Source of the DNA: an uncultured delta proteobacterium | GTDB taxonomy: Bacteria > Myxococcota_A > Polyangia > Polyangiales > B10-G4 | Direction: 5' to 3' | Length of the DNA: 64,000 nt | Assembly (NCBI GenBank): GCA_963727445.1 | Contig: CAVSGI010000001.1 | Location: forward strand, 18,227 to 82,226 | Part shown: piece by piece, positions 17,356-27,205 of the stretch | Layout: every line of letters starts with the position of its first letter | Position numbering within the stretch: position 1 is the stretch's first letter | The notes under the pieces: model-generated | Seen by the model: only the letters and a program-made list of their open reading frames with translations | Database searches by the model: none | Told to the model about the DNA's origin: nothing | Translations under genes and position numbers: made by a program

Positions 17356-19194
17356 ATGAAGCCGCCCTTCCTCGTCGCCGTCCTCGTGACCGCGCTCCTC
17401 GCCTCCGCCTGCGGTACGCCCGGCGCGGGCCAGCCCACCACGCCGCCGCCGCCCACGCGGACGGTCCAGGACGAAGCCAACGACTTCCTGGCCTATTACA
17501 CGCCGCTCATGGTGGGCCTCTACACGGAGATGGTCCGGGCGAGCTGGACCGCGAGCACCGACGTCAGCGAAGAGCACACCGGTCTGCGCACCGGCGCCGA
17601 CACGGTCTGGGGTGCCTTCGTCGGCAGCGGCCTGGTGATCGACCGCGCGCGCACCCTCCTCACCCACGAGAGCGAGCTCGACGAGCTCACGGTGCGGCAG
17701 CTCCGCATGGTGCTCGAGAACGCCGCCGTCGCGCCCCAGACCAACCCAGAGCTCGCGCGCCGGCGCGTCGCAGTGGAGAGCGCTCAGTCGGCCATCCTCG
17801 ACGGCTTCCAGTTCTGCCTCGATCGCCGGGGCGAGACCTGCCGCCGCCCGCTCACCACCAACGACATCGACCGCGTGCTGGTGGAGTCCGACGACTTGCG
17901 CGAGCGGCTTCGATACTGGGACGCATCCAAGGAGGTCGGGGTGGCGCTGCGGCCCGGCCTCTCGGAGCTGCGCGACCTCCGCAACGCGACCGCGCGAGAG
18001 ATGGGCTTCGCCGACTTCTTCGCCTATCGCATCAGCAACTACGGGATGACGCCGGACGAGATGATGGCACTTCTCGATCGCATTCTCGAGGAGGTGCGTC
18101 CGCTCTTCGACGCGCTCAGCTGCTGGACGCGCTACCAGCTCGCCGAGCGCTTCGGCCAGCGCGGCGAGGTTCCAGCGCGGATCCCCGCGCATTGGATCGG
18201 CAACCGCTGGGCCCAGGCGTGGCCCGGCCTGGTCGAGACCGTGGACATGGACGCGCTGGTCGAGGACAAGGAGCCGGAGTGGATCGTCCAGCAGGCAGAG
18301 CGCTTCTACGTCTCCTTGGGCTTCCCCGATCTGCCCCAGACGTTCTGGGAGAACAGCGACCTCTACCCGGTCCCCGAGGGTGAGGAGCGCGAAAAGAACG
18401 ATCACGCCAGCGCCTGGCACGTCGATTTGAACCAGGACGTGCGCAGCCTGATGAGCGTCGAGCCGAACTGGCGCTGGTTCGGCACCACCCACCACGAGCT
18501 CGGCCACATCTACTACTACCTGGCGTACTCCAACCCCAACGTGCCGCCGCTCCTTCGCGAGGGCGCGAACCGCGCCTTTCACGAAGCGGTGGGCAACCTG
18601 ATCGAGCTGGCCAGTGGTCAGATGCCCTACCTGCACCAGGTGGGGCTCATGCAGGAGGGGCAGGAGCCCGACCAGATCCAGGTGCTCCTCGACCGTGCCC
18701 TGACCGGCCCCATCGTCTTCTTGCCCTTCGCCATCGGCACCATGAGCCACTTCGAGAAGGCGCTCTACTCGGATGGTCTACCCGACGCGCAGTTCCAGTC
18801 GTATTGGTGGGAGCTCGCCGGCCAGTATCAGAACGTGGCGCCTCCCGACGAGCGCCCGGCCGACGGATGCGATGCGTGCAGCAAGACGCACATCATCGAC
18901 GACCCGGGTGAGTACTACGACTACGCCCTCGCAGAGGTGCTCGTGTACCAGTTCCACGATCACATCTGCCGCGAGATCCTCCACCAGGACCCCCACGCCT
19001 GTAACTACTACGATCACCCCGAGGTCGGCGCGTACCTCTACGACATCCTGCGCGTCGGCGCGACCAAGGACTGGCGGCAGGTGCTGATGGAGGCCACCGG
19101 CTCGGAGCTCAGCGCCCAGCCGATGCTCGAGTACTACCGGCCGCTCTTGGAGTATCTGAACGCACAGAACGGCGACCGCTGCAGCGGCGACTAG
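17356..19194 (+). CDS. M2-family metallopeptidase (peptidyl-dipeptidase A/ACE-like) lipoprotein
   Basis: LASAC lipobox; IPAHWIGNRWAQAW, HASAW, HHELGH, GANRAFHEAVG, EYYRPL. Confidence 0.93.
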   Translation: MKPPFLVAVLVTALLASACGTPGAGQPTTPPPPTRTVQDEANDFLAYYTPLMVGLYTEMVRASWTASTDVSEEHTGLRTGADTVWGAFVGSGLVIDRARTLLTHESELDELTVRQLRMVLENAAVAPQTNPELARRRVAVESAQSAILDGFQFCLDRRGETCRRPLTTNDIDRVLVESDDLRERLRYWDASKEVGVALRPGLSELRDLRNATAREMGFADFFAYRISNYGMTPDEMMALLDRILEEVRPLFDALSCWTRYQLAERFGQRGEVPARIPAHWIGNRWAQAWPGLVETVDMDALVEDKEPEWIVQQAERFYVSLGFPDLPQTFWENSDLYPVPEGEEREKNDHASAWHVDLNQDVRSLMSVEPNWRWFGTTHHELGHIYYYLAYSNPNVPPLLREGANRAFHEAVGNLIELASGQMPYLHQVGLMQEGQEPDQIQVLLDRALTGPIVFLPFAIGTMSHFEKALYSDGLPDAQFQSYWWELAGQYQNVAPPDERPADGCDACSKTHIIDDPGEYYDYALAEVLVYQFHDHICREILHQDPHACNYYDHPEVGAYLYDILRVGATKDWRQVLMEATGSELSAQPMLEYYRPLLEYLNAQNGDRCSGD

Positions 19195-19198
19195 CTAG

Positions 19199-20253
19199 AA
19201 GCTATCTCAAAACTCGTGGGATCTAAGTCTGCGAGGATTAAGAAGAAAGCGTTGGGGGATCGACGTCGGATCGGTTTTCTGATCTACGGTCTGAATGGAT
19301 CTGACCGATCAGCAGTGGAAAATCCTGGAGCCCCTTCTTCCTGAGCGCGACAGACGTAGGGGCAGCCCAGGAAGGCCACGACGGTCTGCTCGTGAGGTGC
19401 TCGACGGCGTGCTGTGGATTCTACGCACCGGTGCGCAGTGGGGCGATCTGCCAGGACGTTATCCGCCGTACCAGACATGCCACCGACGCTATCAGCAGTG
19501 GGTCGACGAAGGTGTGATGGAGCGAATGCTGCGAGCGTTGGCTGAAGACCTACGGGATCGCGGGAAGCTGGACCTGACAGAAGGATTCATCGACGGCACC
19601 CACGCGGGGGCCAAAAAGGGGGGCCTTGCGTTGGAAAAACTCGTCGCGGGAAGGCCACCAAGATCATGGCAGTCGCAGACGGCAATGGTCTTCCTATCGC
19701 CGCTCTCGATTGCGAGTGGTCAGCGTCATGAGGTCACGCTCGTCGACGAAACGTTAGACGCGGCCTTCTTGGACGAGCTGCCGCAACGTTTGATCGGAGA
19801 CAAGGCGTACGACAGTGTTCGCGTGGCTGCAGAACCTCCGACGGCTCGTTACCCGCTACGAACGCCGGCCAGAAAACTTCCTGGGCTTCGTGCGGCTCGG
19901 CTGTCTCGTCATCCTGCTCAGACAGTTCTGAATCACCCAGTTCGAGAAACTCGTCCGAGATTGATTTATCAGGCGCCGGAGGGAGGGTCGCACCCCGGGG
20001 TGTCCGGCCGTGCCAACGCGCACGCAGTGTCGCACCCGCGTTGGCACGGACGGACAGGGGACCTTGCGCGAGCGCTCTCTAGTCGGCAAGAAGGCGTAGC
20101 GGTGCCGTCAGGCGACGCGGAGCTGGATTGCCGACGAGACCACGTTGCTGGTCTTGCCTCGCGCTCGCATCTGCAAGGTCCCCGAGCCCCGGGGTGGGAC
20201 CCTCCCTTCGGCGCGGTCATGCAGTTCGCGAGCGCTGAGTTTTGAGATAGCTT
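19199..20253 (+). mobile_element. IS5-family element, decayed
   Basis: Perfect IR ctagaagctatctcaaaactc (19195-19215) / gagttttgagatagcttctag (20237-20257), including a CTAG target duplication. Confidence 0.9.
19295..19931 (+). pseudogene. IS5-family transposase (frameshift type), disrupted
   Basis: [31 protein letters not shown] with an A5G6 slippery run; [16 protein letters not shown] and [16 protein letters not shown] in other frames; extra frameshift and a deletion after GDKAYDS. Confidence 0.88.
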
Positions 20254-22053
20254 CTAGCCGCCGAAGCTGGTCTCCAGGCCGATGTCGGCGATGCTCCCCT
20301 CGGGGCCGCCCGAGTCGATCCCCGAATCGATCCCCGAATCGAACCCCGAGTCCATCCCCGAATCGATCCCCGAATCGATCCCCGAATCGAACCCCGAGTC
20401 CATCCCCGAATCGAACACGCACGCCGGGCTGGAGAGGCAGTCACTATCGGCGCAGTCGACGTCCATATCGCAGTCGTTGTCGACACCGTCGCGACAGGAG
20501 ATCTCGCTGGGACACTCCGGATCCAGCCTGCACCCGCAACCCGAGTCTATGCCGCTGCCCGTGTCCACCCCCGTGCCCGTATCCACGCTCCCATCCGGCA
20601 GCCCAGCATCGAAGCAGCTCGGGTCTAGCGGTTTCATGCACATGCGCGTGCTCGGCGCCTCTCCGGTGTCGGTGCAGCTCCCCGACACGCAGAGCCAAAG
20701 GTGCTGGGTCCCGGACTGGGTCCCCTCGGTTACACATGGATCGCCCTCACACCCGAACCACATCTGATCCGTGGTGTCGCAAGTTCGGGTCGTGTCGACG
20801 GTCACTGTGCAGCTCTGCTGCGAGATCCGCGTCGGGCCCGGCACGCAGCTTCCGGAAGCGTCACAGGTGTAGGGCGTGGTCATGACCGTCTGGGTGCCCG
20901 CGCCCATGCAGATCTGGTCGGGCATCGCGTCTTCGAGAGACCCACAGGCGCCGACCACTTCGTCGTCGGGGCAATCCGCGTCGCTCGCGCATCCGACGCA
21001 CGCGCGCATCCCTTCGTCACAGGTGGTGCTGCCGGCGCATGGATCGCCGCCCGGTGTACAGCTTCCGTCCGCGGCGCACGTGCCGGGCGCGGTGCAGAAG
21101 AGGCCGTCGTCGCAGGCCGCGCCCGCGCCGCCCGTGTTGGTGCAGGCGCCCGCCGTGGCGTCACACGCGTCGGTGGTGCACGCGTCCCCGTCGTTGCAGG
21201 TGACGCAGGCGCCGCCGCAGCAGCTCTGGCCCGTGCGACACAGGGCGGTGCGAACGCAGACGTCCCCTTCGCAGCGCGCGAGCTCGCAATCGGCGGGCTG
21301 GCAATTCGCGCCCGCGCCGGTCTCGACGCACCCGGCGCCGTACTGACAGCCGTTCATCGGATCGCAGACCGGCGAGTCGGTGGACGCGGTGCAGAGATCG
21401 TTGCGCGCCTGGTGGATGCACTCGCCCCGGAAGCAGACGTCGTCTGTGCACCCCACCCCGTCGTTGCAGTCGAGCTCGGTGCGGCACGCGGGCTCGACGC
21501 CCCCGTCCGCCGTGCCGCCGTCGACCTGGTCCGGCAGCCCGGTGGCGGGGTAACGGCTCGGCTGACAGTCGCCGTTCTGGTTGCAGCTGGAATCCGGGCT
21601 CTCGCAGGGGTCGACGTAGAGGCACTGCGCGTAGAAGCGGAGCCTGAGGACGATGGCGTGGCCCTCCACGTAGCCGCTGATCGCGCGCACCACCGCGATC
21701 GGGTCGGCGCTGCTCTCGTCGTAGAGCCGCCCCTCGATTCGGTAGAGCCGCGTGGGGTCGTCGTCTGCCGGGACCAGCGTGTGGGTGACGGGCCAGCTCC
21801 CGCCGGTGTCGGGATTGACGATGTCCTGCAGCGCCAGGCGGAGCTGCTGGGGTGCGCTTCCGTCGCCTCCAGGAACCGCCGCACCTCGGTCGGCACCCCA
21901 GGCGAGGATCTCGATGTCGCGCGCCACCTCGCGCACGGCGCGGTCCGCTTCGAAGACCACGGTCACCTGCGTCGCGGGCCTCGGATCGGGGCAGCCGCCA
22001 GCGGCGAGGACGAGGGCGAGAGCGACGGGCGCGACCGAGACCCGCGACATCAC
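20254..22053 (-). CDS. Cys-rich repeat surface lipoprotein
   Basis: AAGGC lipobox; CNDGxxCTxDxC repeats, CRDGVDNDCD, C-terminal DSG(M/F/I) repeats. Confidence 0.82.
   Translation of the reverse strand: MMSRVSVAPVALALVLAAGGCPDPRPATQVTVVFEADRAVREVARDIEILAWGADRGAAVPGGDGSAPQQLRLALQDIVNPDTGGSWPVTHTLVPADDDPTRLYRIEGRLYDESSADPIAVVRAISGYVEGHAIVLRLRFYAQCLYVDPCESPDSSCNQNGDCQPSRYPATGLPDQVDGGTADGGVEPACRTELDCNDGVGCTDDVCFRGECIHQARNDLCTASTDSPVCDPMNGCQYGAGCVETGAGANCQPADCELARCEGDVCVRTALCRTGQSCCGGACVTCNDGDACTTDACDATAGACTNTGGAGAACDDGLFCTAPGTCAADGSCTPGGDPCAGSTTCDEGMRACVGCASDADCPDDEVVGACGSLEDAMPDQICMGAGTQTVMTTPYTCDASGSCVPGPTRISQQSCTVTVDTTRTCDTTDQMWFGCEGDPCVTEGTQSGTQHLWLCVSGSCTDTGEAPSTRMCMKPLDPSCFDAGLPDGSVDTGTGVDTGSGIDSGCGCRLDPECPSEISCRDGVDNDCDMDVDCADSDCLSSPACVFDSGMDSGFDSGIDSGIDSGMDSGFDSGIDSGIDSGGPEGSIADIGLETSFGG
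20310..20415 (-). repeat. 12-nt tandem coding repeat (DSGx, about 9 copies)
   Basis: Repeated ccccgaatcgat-like units. Confidence 0.85.
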
Positions 22054-22766
22054 GGCCCTCCGAGGGTGAAGGTCACCTGCCCGGTGGTCCCGAGGGTCGG
22101 GTCCGCCTGTCCGGGGTCATAGGCGACGACGGCAGCGGTCACCACGCCACCGACGACGAGCGCGCCCACGATCGTCCAGAACCACCAGGTCGTGTAGAAG
22201 GGTCGGCGCTCGGCGAGCTCGGCTTCGGCCGCGCGACGACGCTCCTCCTCCTGGCGCAGCTGCTCCTCGCGCGCCTCCTCCGCTTCCACCGAGGACCGAA
22301 GGGAACCGATGCGCGATTCGACCTCGGCGCGATTCGACGCATCCGGCACGCGCTCCAGGTAGTGCTCGAAAGCTTCGATCGCTTCGCGCTTGCGCTGAAG
22401 ACGATCGAGAGAGGTGCCGATGTTGAAGAGGAGCACCGGTCGGTCGCTCAGCTCGAAGGCGGTCTCGAAGCTCTGAAGCGCATCCTCGAAACGGCCGTCG
22501 GCGAAGGCCATGCGGCCCGCTTCGAATCGGGTCCGGGCTTCCTGCTCGATGCGCTCGGCGCGCTCGTCGGCCGCGGCCCCGAAAGCGTCCGGCTCCTCCG
22601 GTGCTTCTTCTTCGACCGCCGCATCGGCGGCGACCTCGGTCTCGGGGGCTGGCTCTTCCGTCTCCTGTGCCGAGGCGACGCGTGCAAGCCACGTCGCAGC
22701 GCAGAAGAGCAAGACAAACGACGCACACCGGCGGAGCGGCACGAAGGGAGCATACCAAAAGGTCAA
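22050..22766 (-). CDS. TPR protein with signal peptide and C-terminal TM helix
   Basis: EARTRFEAG..F..GRFEDALQSF, LLFNIG, WWFWTIVGALVVGG; start uncertain. Confidence 0.8.
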   Translation of the reverse strand: MTFWYAPFVPLRRCASFVLLFCAATWLARVASAQETEEPAPETEVAADAAVEEEAPEEPDAFGAAADERAERIEQEARTRFEAGRMAFADGRFEDALQSFETAFELSDRPVLLFNIGTSLDRLQRKREAIEAFEHYLERVPDASNRAEVESRIGSLRSSVEAEEAREEQLRQEEERRRAAEAELAERRPFYTTWWFWTIVGALVVGGVVTAAVVAYDPGQADPTLGTTGQVTFTLGGP

Positions 22767-23581
22767 AGCTCCTGCTCCAGCATGAGCCGGCGCAGCGCCG
22801 CGGTGGCAGGAGGTAGCCGGCTCACGCCTCGATGGACCAGGGAAAAGGTTCGGTGGACGGGAGTGTGGGCATGCGGGAGCAGGGCGAAGGTGCCGTCCGA
22901 AAGCTCGCGATCGACGGCCGCGCGGCTCAGAAGCGCGATCCCGACACCCGCACGCACGTTGCCCTTTACCGCGGCGATGCTGTTGAGCTCCATCACGATG
23001 TCCGCCTCCGGATAGAGACGGTCGAGGTGCGCCCGCGTCGTGGTCCCAGGGTTGAGCGTCACCACGGGCGCGCTGCCCACCGCGGAACCCGGCAGACCGA
23101 TCCAGATCAGCGCGTCGTCCCGAAAATGCTCGCCCCGGCCGTCGCTGACGATGGCGAGGTCGAGCTCGCCCTTCTCGAGCCCGTCGAGCGCGTCGTCGGT
23201 CGTCGACTCCCGAACCTCGTAGCGCACTCCCGGATGGAGATGGACGAGGCGCGCGAGAATCGGCGGCAACAGATAAGTGCAGACGGTGGCCCCCGCGCCC
23301 ACAGCGACCCGGCCCGTGTCGAGGCGGCTCACCTCCGCGACGGCGCGCAACCCGTCCTCGACGGCGGAGAGAGCCGCGCGCGCACGCGGCAGGAGCGCCT
23401 CGCCTTCCGCCGTGAGCGAAGCCCCACGGCGGCCCCGGTGAAAGAGGCGGGCCCCAGCGCGCTCCTCGAGCCTCTGGATCGAAGCGGTGAGGGCGGGCTG
23501 GCTCAGATGCGCGTGGCGCGCAGCGGCGGTGAAAGTCCGGTGCTCCACGATCAGAACGAAGTGGCGAAACGCATCAAGCAT
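22763..23581 (-). CDS. LysR-family regulator
   Basis: FTAAARHAHLSQPALTASIQRLE..LFHR..LTAEG. Confidence 0.93.
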   Translation of the reverse strand: MLDAFRHFVLIVEHRTFTAAARHAHLSQPALTASIQRLEERAGARLFHRGRRGASLTAEGEALLPRARAALSAVEDGLRAVAEVSRLDTGRVAVGAGATVCTYLLPPILARLVHLHPGVRYEVRESTTDDALDGLEKGELDLAIVSDGRGEHFRDDALIWIGLPGSAVGSAPVVTLNPGTTTRAHLDRLYPEADIVMELNSIAAVKGNVRAGVGIALLSRAAVDRELSDGTFALLPHAHTPVHRTFSLVHRGVSRLPPATAALRRLMLEQEL

Positions 23582-23651
23582 CAGTGATGCTTATCGTAAC
23601 AGACAATTCTATCCATTTGACCTATCAACGGTCCGAGCCCAGGCTCTCTCC

Positions 23652-24362
23652 ATGTTCGGCCTCATCCTTCCTCTCGGGATCGCCGCTGGCGCCCTGACCA
23701 CCATCGCGGGGGTCGGGGGCGGGATGATGATGGTGTTGGTCCTCTCGCTGCTGGTCGAGCCCCAGTGGGCGCTGGCGGTCACGGCCCCCGCGCTCCTCCT
23801 CGGCAACGCGCATCGCGCCTGGGTCTTCCGCAGCTCGGTGGACCGCCGGCTGGCTCTTTCGCTGATCGCAGGTGCGGTGCCGGCCGCCTTCGTCGGGGGC
23901 CTGTTGACGGTGCGGATCGAGGAGTGGGTGCTGCACTGGCTCATCCTCAGCGCCACGCTCTTCGCGCTCCTCAAGCAGCTCGGCCGCTTCGACTGGTCGC
24001 CGGGCCCGAAGGCGATGCTTCCCGTCGGCGCGGGCACCGGCTTTCTCACCGCGACCACCGGCGGCGGCGGCCTGCTCCTCGCCCCCATGCTCCTCTCCGC
24101 CGGCCTGCGCTCCGAAGCTTACGTGGCCACCGCCGCGACGGTGGCCACGGCGATGCACGTGGGCCGGATCGGCGGCTACGGCATCGGAGGCCTGATCGAC
24201 GCGCACACCCTCACCATCAGCGCCGCCCTCGCCCTCGCCATCATCGCCGGCAACTGGTTGGGGAAGAAGAGTCGCGAGCACATGAGCGAACGCTTCAAGC
24301 TCGCCGTCGCCTGGGGCGCGATGCTCGTCGCGATGGGGCTGGCCGTCGCGGGCGTCGCCTGA
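23652..24362 (+). CDS. TauE/SafE (TSUP) family exporter
   Basis: Multiple TM helices; AGVGGG and TTGGGG motifs; divergent from the LysR gene. Confidence 0.85.
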   Translation: MFGLILPLGIAAGALTTIAGVGGGMMMVLVLSLLVEPQWALAVTAPALLLGNAHRAWVFRSSVDRRLALSLIAGAVPAAFVGGLLTVRIEEWVLHWLILSATLFALLKQLGRFDWSPGPKAMLPVGAGTGFLTATTGGGGLLLAPMLLSAGLRSEAYVATAATVATAMHVGRIGGYGIGGLIDAHTLTISAALALAIIAGNWLGKKSREHMSERFKLAVAWGAMLVAMGLAVAGVA

Positions 24363-24375
24363 GGACGGACCGCGC

Positions 24376-25293
24376 TCAGCGCACGGCGTCGTAGCTGCGT
24401 GCGTGCAGGTTGAGGCGGAGCCCGCCGCTGAGCGTGCCCGCGTTGATGACGTCGGCGCCGCCCCACAGGTCGACGCTGAGCCAGGGACGGACGAAGAGCT
24501 CGACACCCAGGCGCGCTTCGAGGGTCCAGCGACCGACGAAGTCGCGGGTGTGGCTCACGCAGTCGCCGAGGACGCTTGTCACTTCCACGCCGACGCCCTG
24601 ACCACCGGCCATCACCTCGCCCCGGATGCGAACGGGACCCACGGGGATCGCTACCCCCAGGACGACGCCGCCGGTGACGGCGGAGACGTCACCGGCGGTG
24701 AGGGAGCGGGCGCCGAGCCGGACCTGGCCCGTCGGCGCCCCGCCGGTGGAGCCGTCGACCTCGATCCCCGTGAGGAAGTAGCGGCCGATGGCGACCGTCG
24801 CGCGGAAGTTGATCCCGCCCGTCATCACGGTCGGGTCTTGAAGGTCCCCAGCGTTGAGGACGAAGGAGTAGGGGTTCGCGTCGTGATAGGTGACGCCGCC
24901 GAAGGTGATCCCGTCGAGAGAGAGGCGCCGGAAGGAGGGACCGAGCTCGAAGCGGATCGCCGGCCACGTCGAGTTCCACCCTGCGCCGAAGCGCGTGCAC
25001 TGCTCGAAGCCGGTGATGTCCGTCTCGTCTCGGCAGGGTGCCGTGCCGATCTCGATCCCTCCGCCACTGCTGGAGGAGGAGGAAGAAGACGAAGACGAAG
25101 AGGAGTAGTCGTCGTCGCTCCAACTCGATCCCCCCGCATTGCTGCTGCTCGATCCGGAGCTGGAGGAAGACGACGACGACGACGACGACGAGCCCGGCGG
25201 CTCGCATCCGTCGTTGGCCCGCGCGACACCCGGATCCACGAAGCAGAGCAACGCGAGGATCGGAAGGCAGAGGAAGAGCCGGAGCTCGGTCAT
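24376..25293 (-). CDS. Secreted protein with poly-Ser linker and beta-strand-rich (barrel-like) C-terminus
   Basis: MTELRLFLCLPILALLC..ARA signal; poly-S; alternating hydrophobic strands. Confidence 0.65.
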   Translation of the reverse strand: MTELRLFLCLPILALLCFVDPGVARANDGCEPPGSSSSSSSSSSSSGSSSSNAGGSSWSDDDYSSSSSSSSSSSSSGGGIEIGTAPCRDETDITGFEQCTRFGAGWNSTWPAIRFELGPSFRRLSLDGITFGGVTYHDANPYSFVLNAGDLQDPTVMTGGINFRATVAIGRYFLTGIEVDGSTGGAPTGQVRLGARSLTAGDVSAVTGGVVLGVAIPVGPVRIRGEVMAGGQGVGVEVTSVLGDCVSHTRDFVGRWTLEARLGVELFVRPWLSVDLWGGADVINAGTLSGGLRLNLHARSYDAVR

Positions 25294-25808
25294 CGTGCCA
25301 CCTCCACAGTCATCGTCGCGCCATCTCTGCGAAAGCAGACCGGGTCGACGGGGGCACCCTCGGCCATTCCGGTCACGTCGACGCAGACCCGCTCGAGATC
25401 TTCTTCGTTCGCCCCGGGCTGTTCGTAGGCCAGCGCCTCGGTGGCCCACGCGTGACCATCGAGCGTGGCGACGATCACCTCGCTGCGCGGATCGTAGAGC
25501 TCCATGGGCGTCATGCCGGTGCCCGCTTCGCCGAAGACCGCGATGGAGCGGAAGGTCACGTCGACGGGGGTGGTGCAGCGGTTGCCGATCTCGTAGTCGA
25601 TGGCGACCCAGCGACGGCCCACCGCGCCTTCGCCGCGCGGCTGCATGCGCACGTCCAGACAATCGAGAGAGCGCATGCGCGGCTCCGAAGCCCGGCCGTA
25701 GTCGGTGAAGGAGCCGGGCTCGTATCCCACGCCGCATCCCATCACGGCCGTCAGCGTCAGGACTGAAAGGACCAAACGGTTCACGACCTTCGACACTGCA
25801 TCTGTCAT
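25290..25808 (-). CDS. Lipoprotein, hypothetical
   Basis: LTLTAVMGC lipobox; 4-nt overlap with the downstream gene. Confidence 0.62.
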   Translation of the reverse strand: MTDAVSKVVNRLVLSVLTLTAVMGCGVGYEPGSFTDYGRASEPRMRSLDCLDVRMQPRGEGAVGRRWVAIDYEIGNRCTTPVDVTFRSIAVFGEAGTGMTPMELYDPRSEVIVATLDGHAWATEALAYEQPGANEEDLERVCVDVTGMAEGAPVDPVCFRRDGATMTVEVAR

Positions 25809-25914
25809 ACCCGACCGATAGGGGCCGAGTTCCCCGAAAAACCGGGGTCGTCGCTGAAAGATCGCCCCCGCGAGCGTGAATTTCACGCTCAGGTGGGCCG
25901 CGGGGTCACGACCG

Positions 25915-27148
25915 CTACCAGATCTCCATCGGGCCCAGCTCCTCGCCGGACAGAACGAAGAACGCTTCTCCGTACGTGCTGAGGTGCTCGAGGGCGAGGT
26001 CGAGGTCCTCGCGGCTGTGGCCGCGGGTGACGTTGAGGCGGAGGCGCTCTTCGCCTTCCTTCACGCCGGGATAGGTGATGGGAACCATCATCACGCCGTT
26101 CTCGAGGAGCGCCACGTGCATGAAGAGCGCCTTGCGCTCGTCGCGGCACATGACCGGCATGATGTGGGTGTCGCTGTCGCCGAGGTCGAAGCCGATCTCC
26201 GTCAGGCGGCCGCGCATGTAGTCGCGCTTTTCGTGCAGCTCGGCCACCAGCGCCCTCACCGTCGTTTTCGAGCATCGTCAGGATGGTCGAGGCGGCGGCG
26301 ACGATCGGCACCGGGAGGCTCGCGCTGAAGAGGAAGGAGCGCGCGTAATGCTTCACGTGCTCGACGATGTCGGTCTGCCCGACGAGGATCCCGCCGATGC
26401 CGCCGAATGTCTTGGAGAAGGTGCTGACGATCAGCGGGACGCGACCCTCGAGGCCGTACTTCTCCACGATGCCCTTGCCGCTCTTGCCGAGGGTGCCCGT
26501 GCCGTGGGCGTCGTCGAGGATCAAGAACGCGTCGTACTTTTCGCAGAGCTCGACGATCTCGACGAGCTTCGCCTCGTCGCCGTCGAGGGAGTAGATGCCC
26601 TCGATGAGCACGATGGCGTTTTCGCGCTCCTTGTTCTTGAGGATGCGCTCGAGGGACCGGACGCTGTTGTGATTGAAGAAGCGGACCTCGGGCTGGCGGG
26701 TCGGCGTGCCGGCGGCGAGGAAGGTCCCGTCGAGGATGCAGGCGTGACTGAGGTTGTCGAGGATGAGCGTGGTGTTCTTGTCGGCGAGGCTCATGATCGT
26801 CCCCACCATCGCCTGATAGCCGGTGGTGAAGAGCAGGCACTTCTCGAAGCCGAACCAGTCGGCCAGGCGCTCTTCGAGCTCGACGTGCGCGGTGGTGGTC
26901 GCCTGCACCCGCGAGGAGCTGAGGCCGACGGCGAAGCGGTCGACGGCCTCCTTCGCCGCCTCCTTCACCTTGGGATGATTGGTGAGGCCGAGGTAGTCGT
27001 TCGAGCTGAAGTTGACGATGGGCTTTCCGTCGATGGTCGTGTGCAGCCCGCCCGACTCGAAGGGACGGAAGTACGGATAGACCTGCTTGTCGCGAGCCTC
27101 GCGAATGCGCGTCAGCTCTTTCCTCGCCTTTTCTTCCAGCCAGCTCAT
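25915..27148 (-). CDS. Alpha-oxoamine synthase (serine palmitoyltransferase-like), one frameshift near 26260
   Basis: NFSSNDYLGL, SHACILDG, EGIYSLDGD, DDAHGTG, STFSKT, FSASLP; C-terminus (RLRLNVT..HSREDLD) in another frame. Confidence 0.88.
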
Positions 27149-27205
27149 GGGGCGCTGTCTAATCCTCCCCCCCACTCCGAGCAACCCTCCCGCGAACCGC
27201 GGCGG

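Noticed and set aside
19295..20245. 316-aa ORF as an intact IS5 transposase
   Set aside because: Conserved blocks lie in different frames with a deletion; the C-terminal part reads through non-coding structured DNA
20310..20415. Tandem repeats as a CRISPR array
   Set aside because: 12-nt in-frame coding repeats (DSGx) with no spacers
25065..25195. GAC/GAA trinucleotide runs
   Set aside because: Encode a poly-Ser linker on the minus strand
25915..27148. Calling the PLP enzyme bioF because bioB is in the window
   Set aside because: About 35 kb from bioB, embedded among KS/ACP genes, and has an SPT-like TFSK motif
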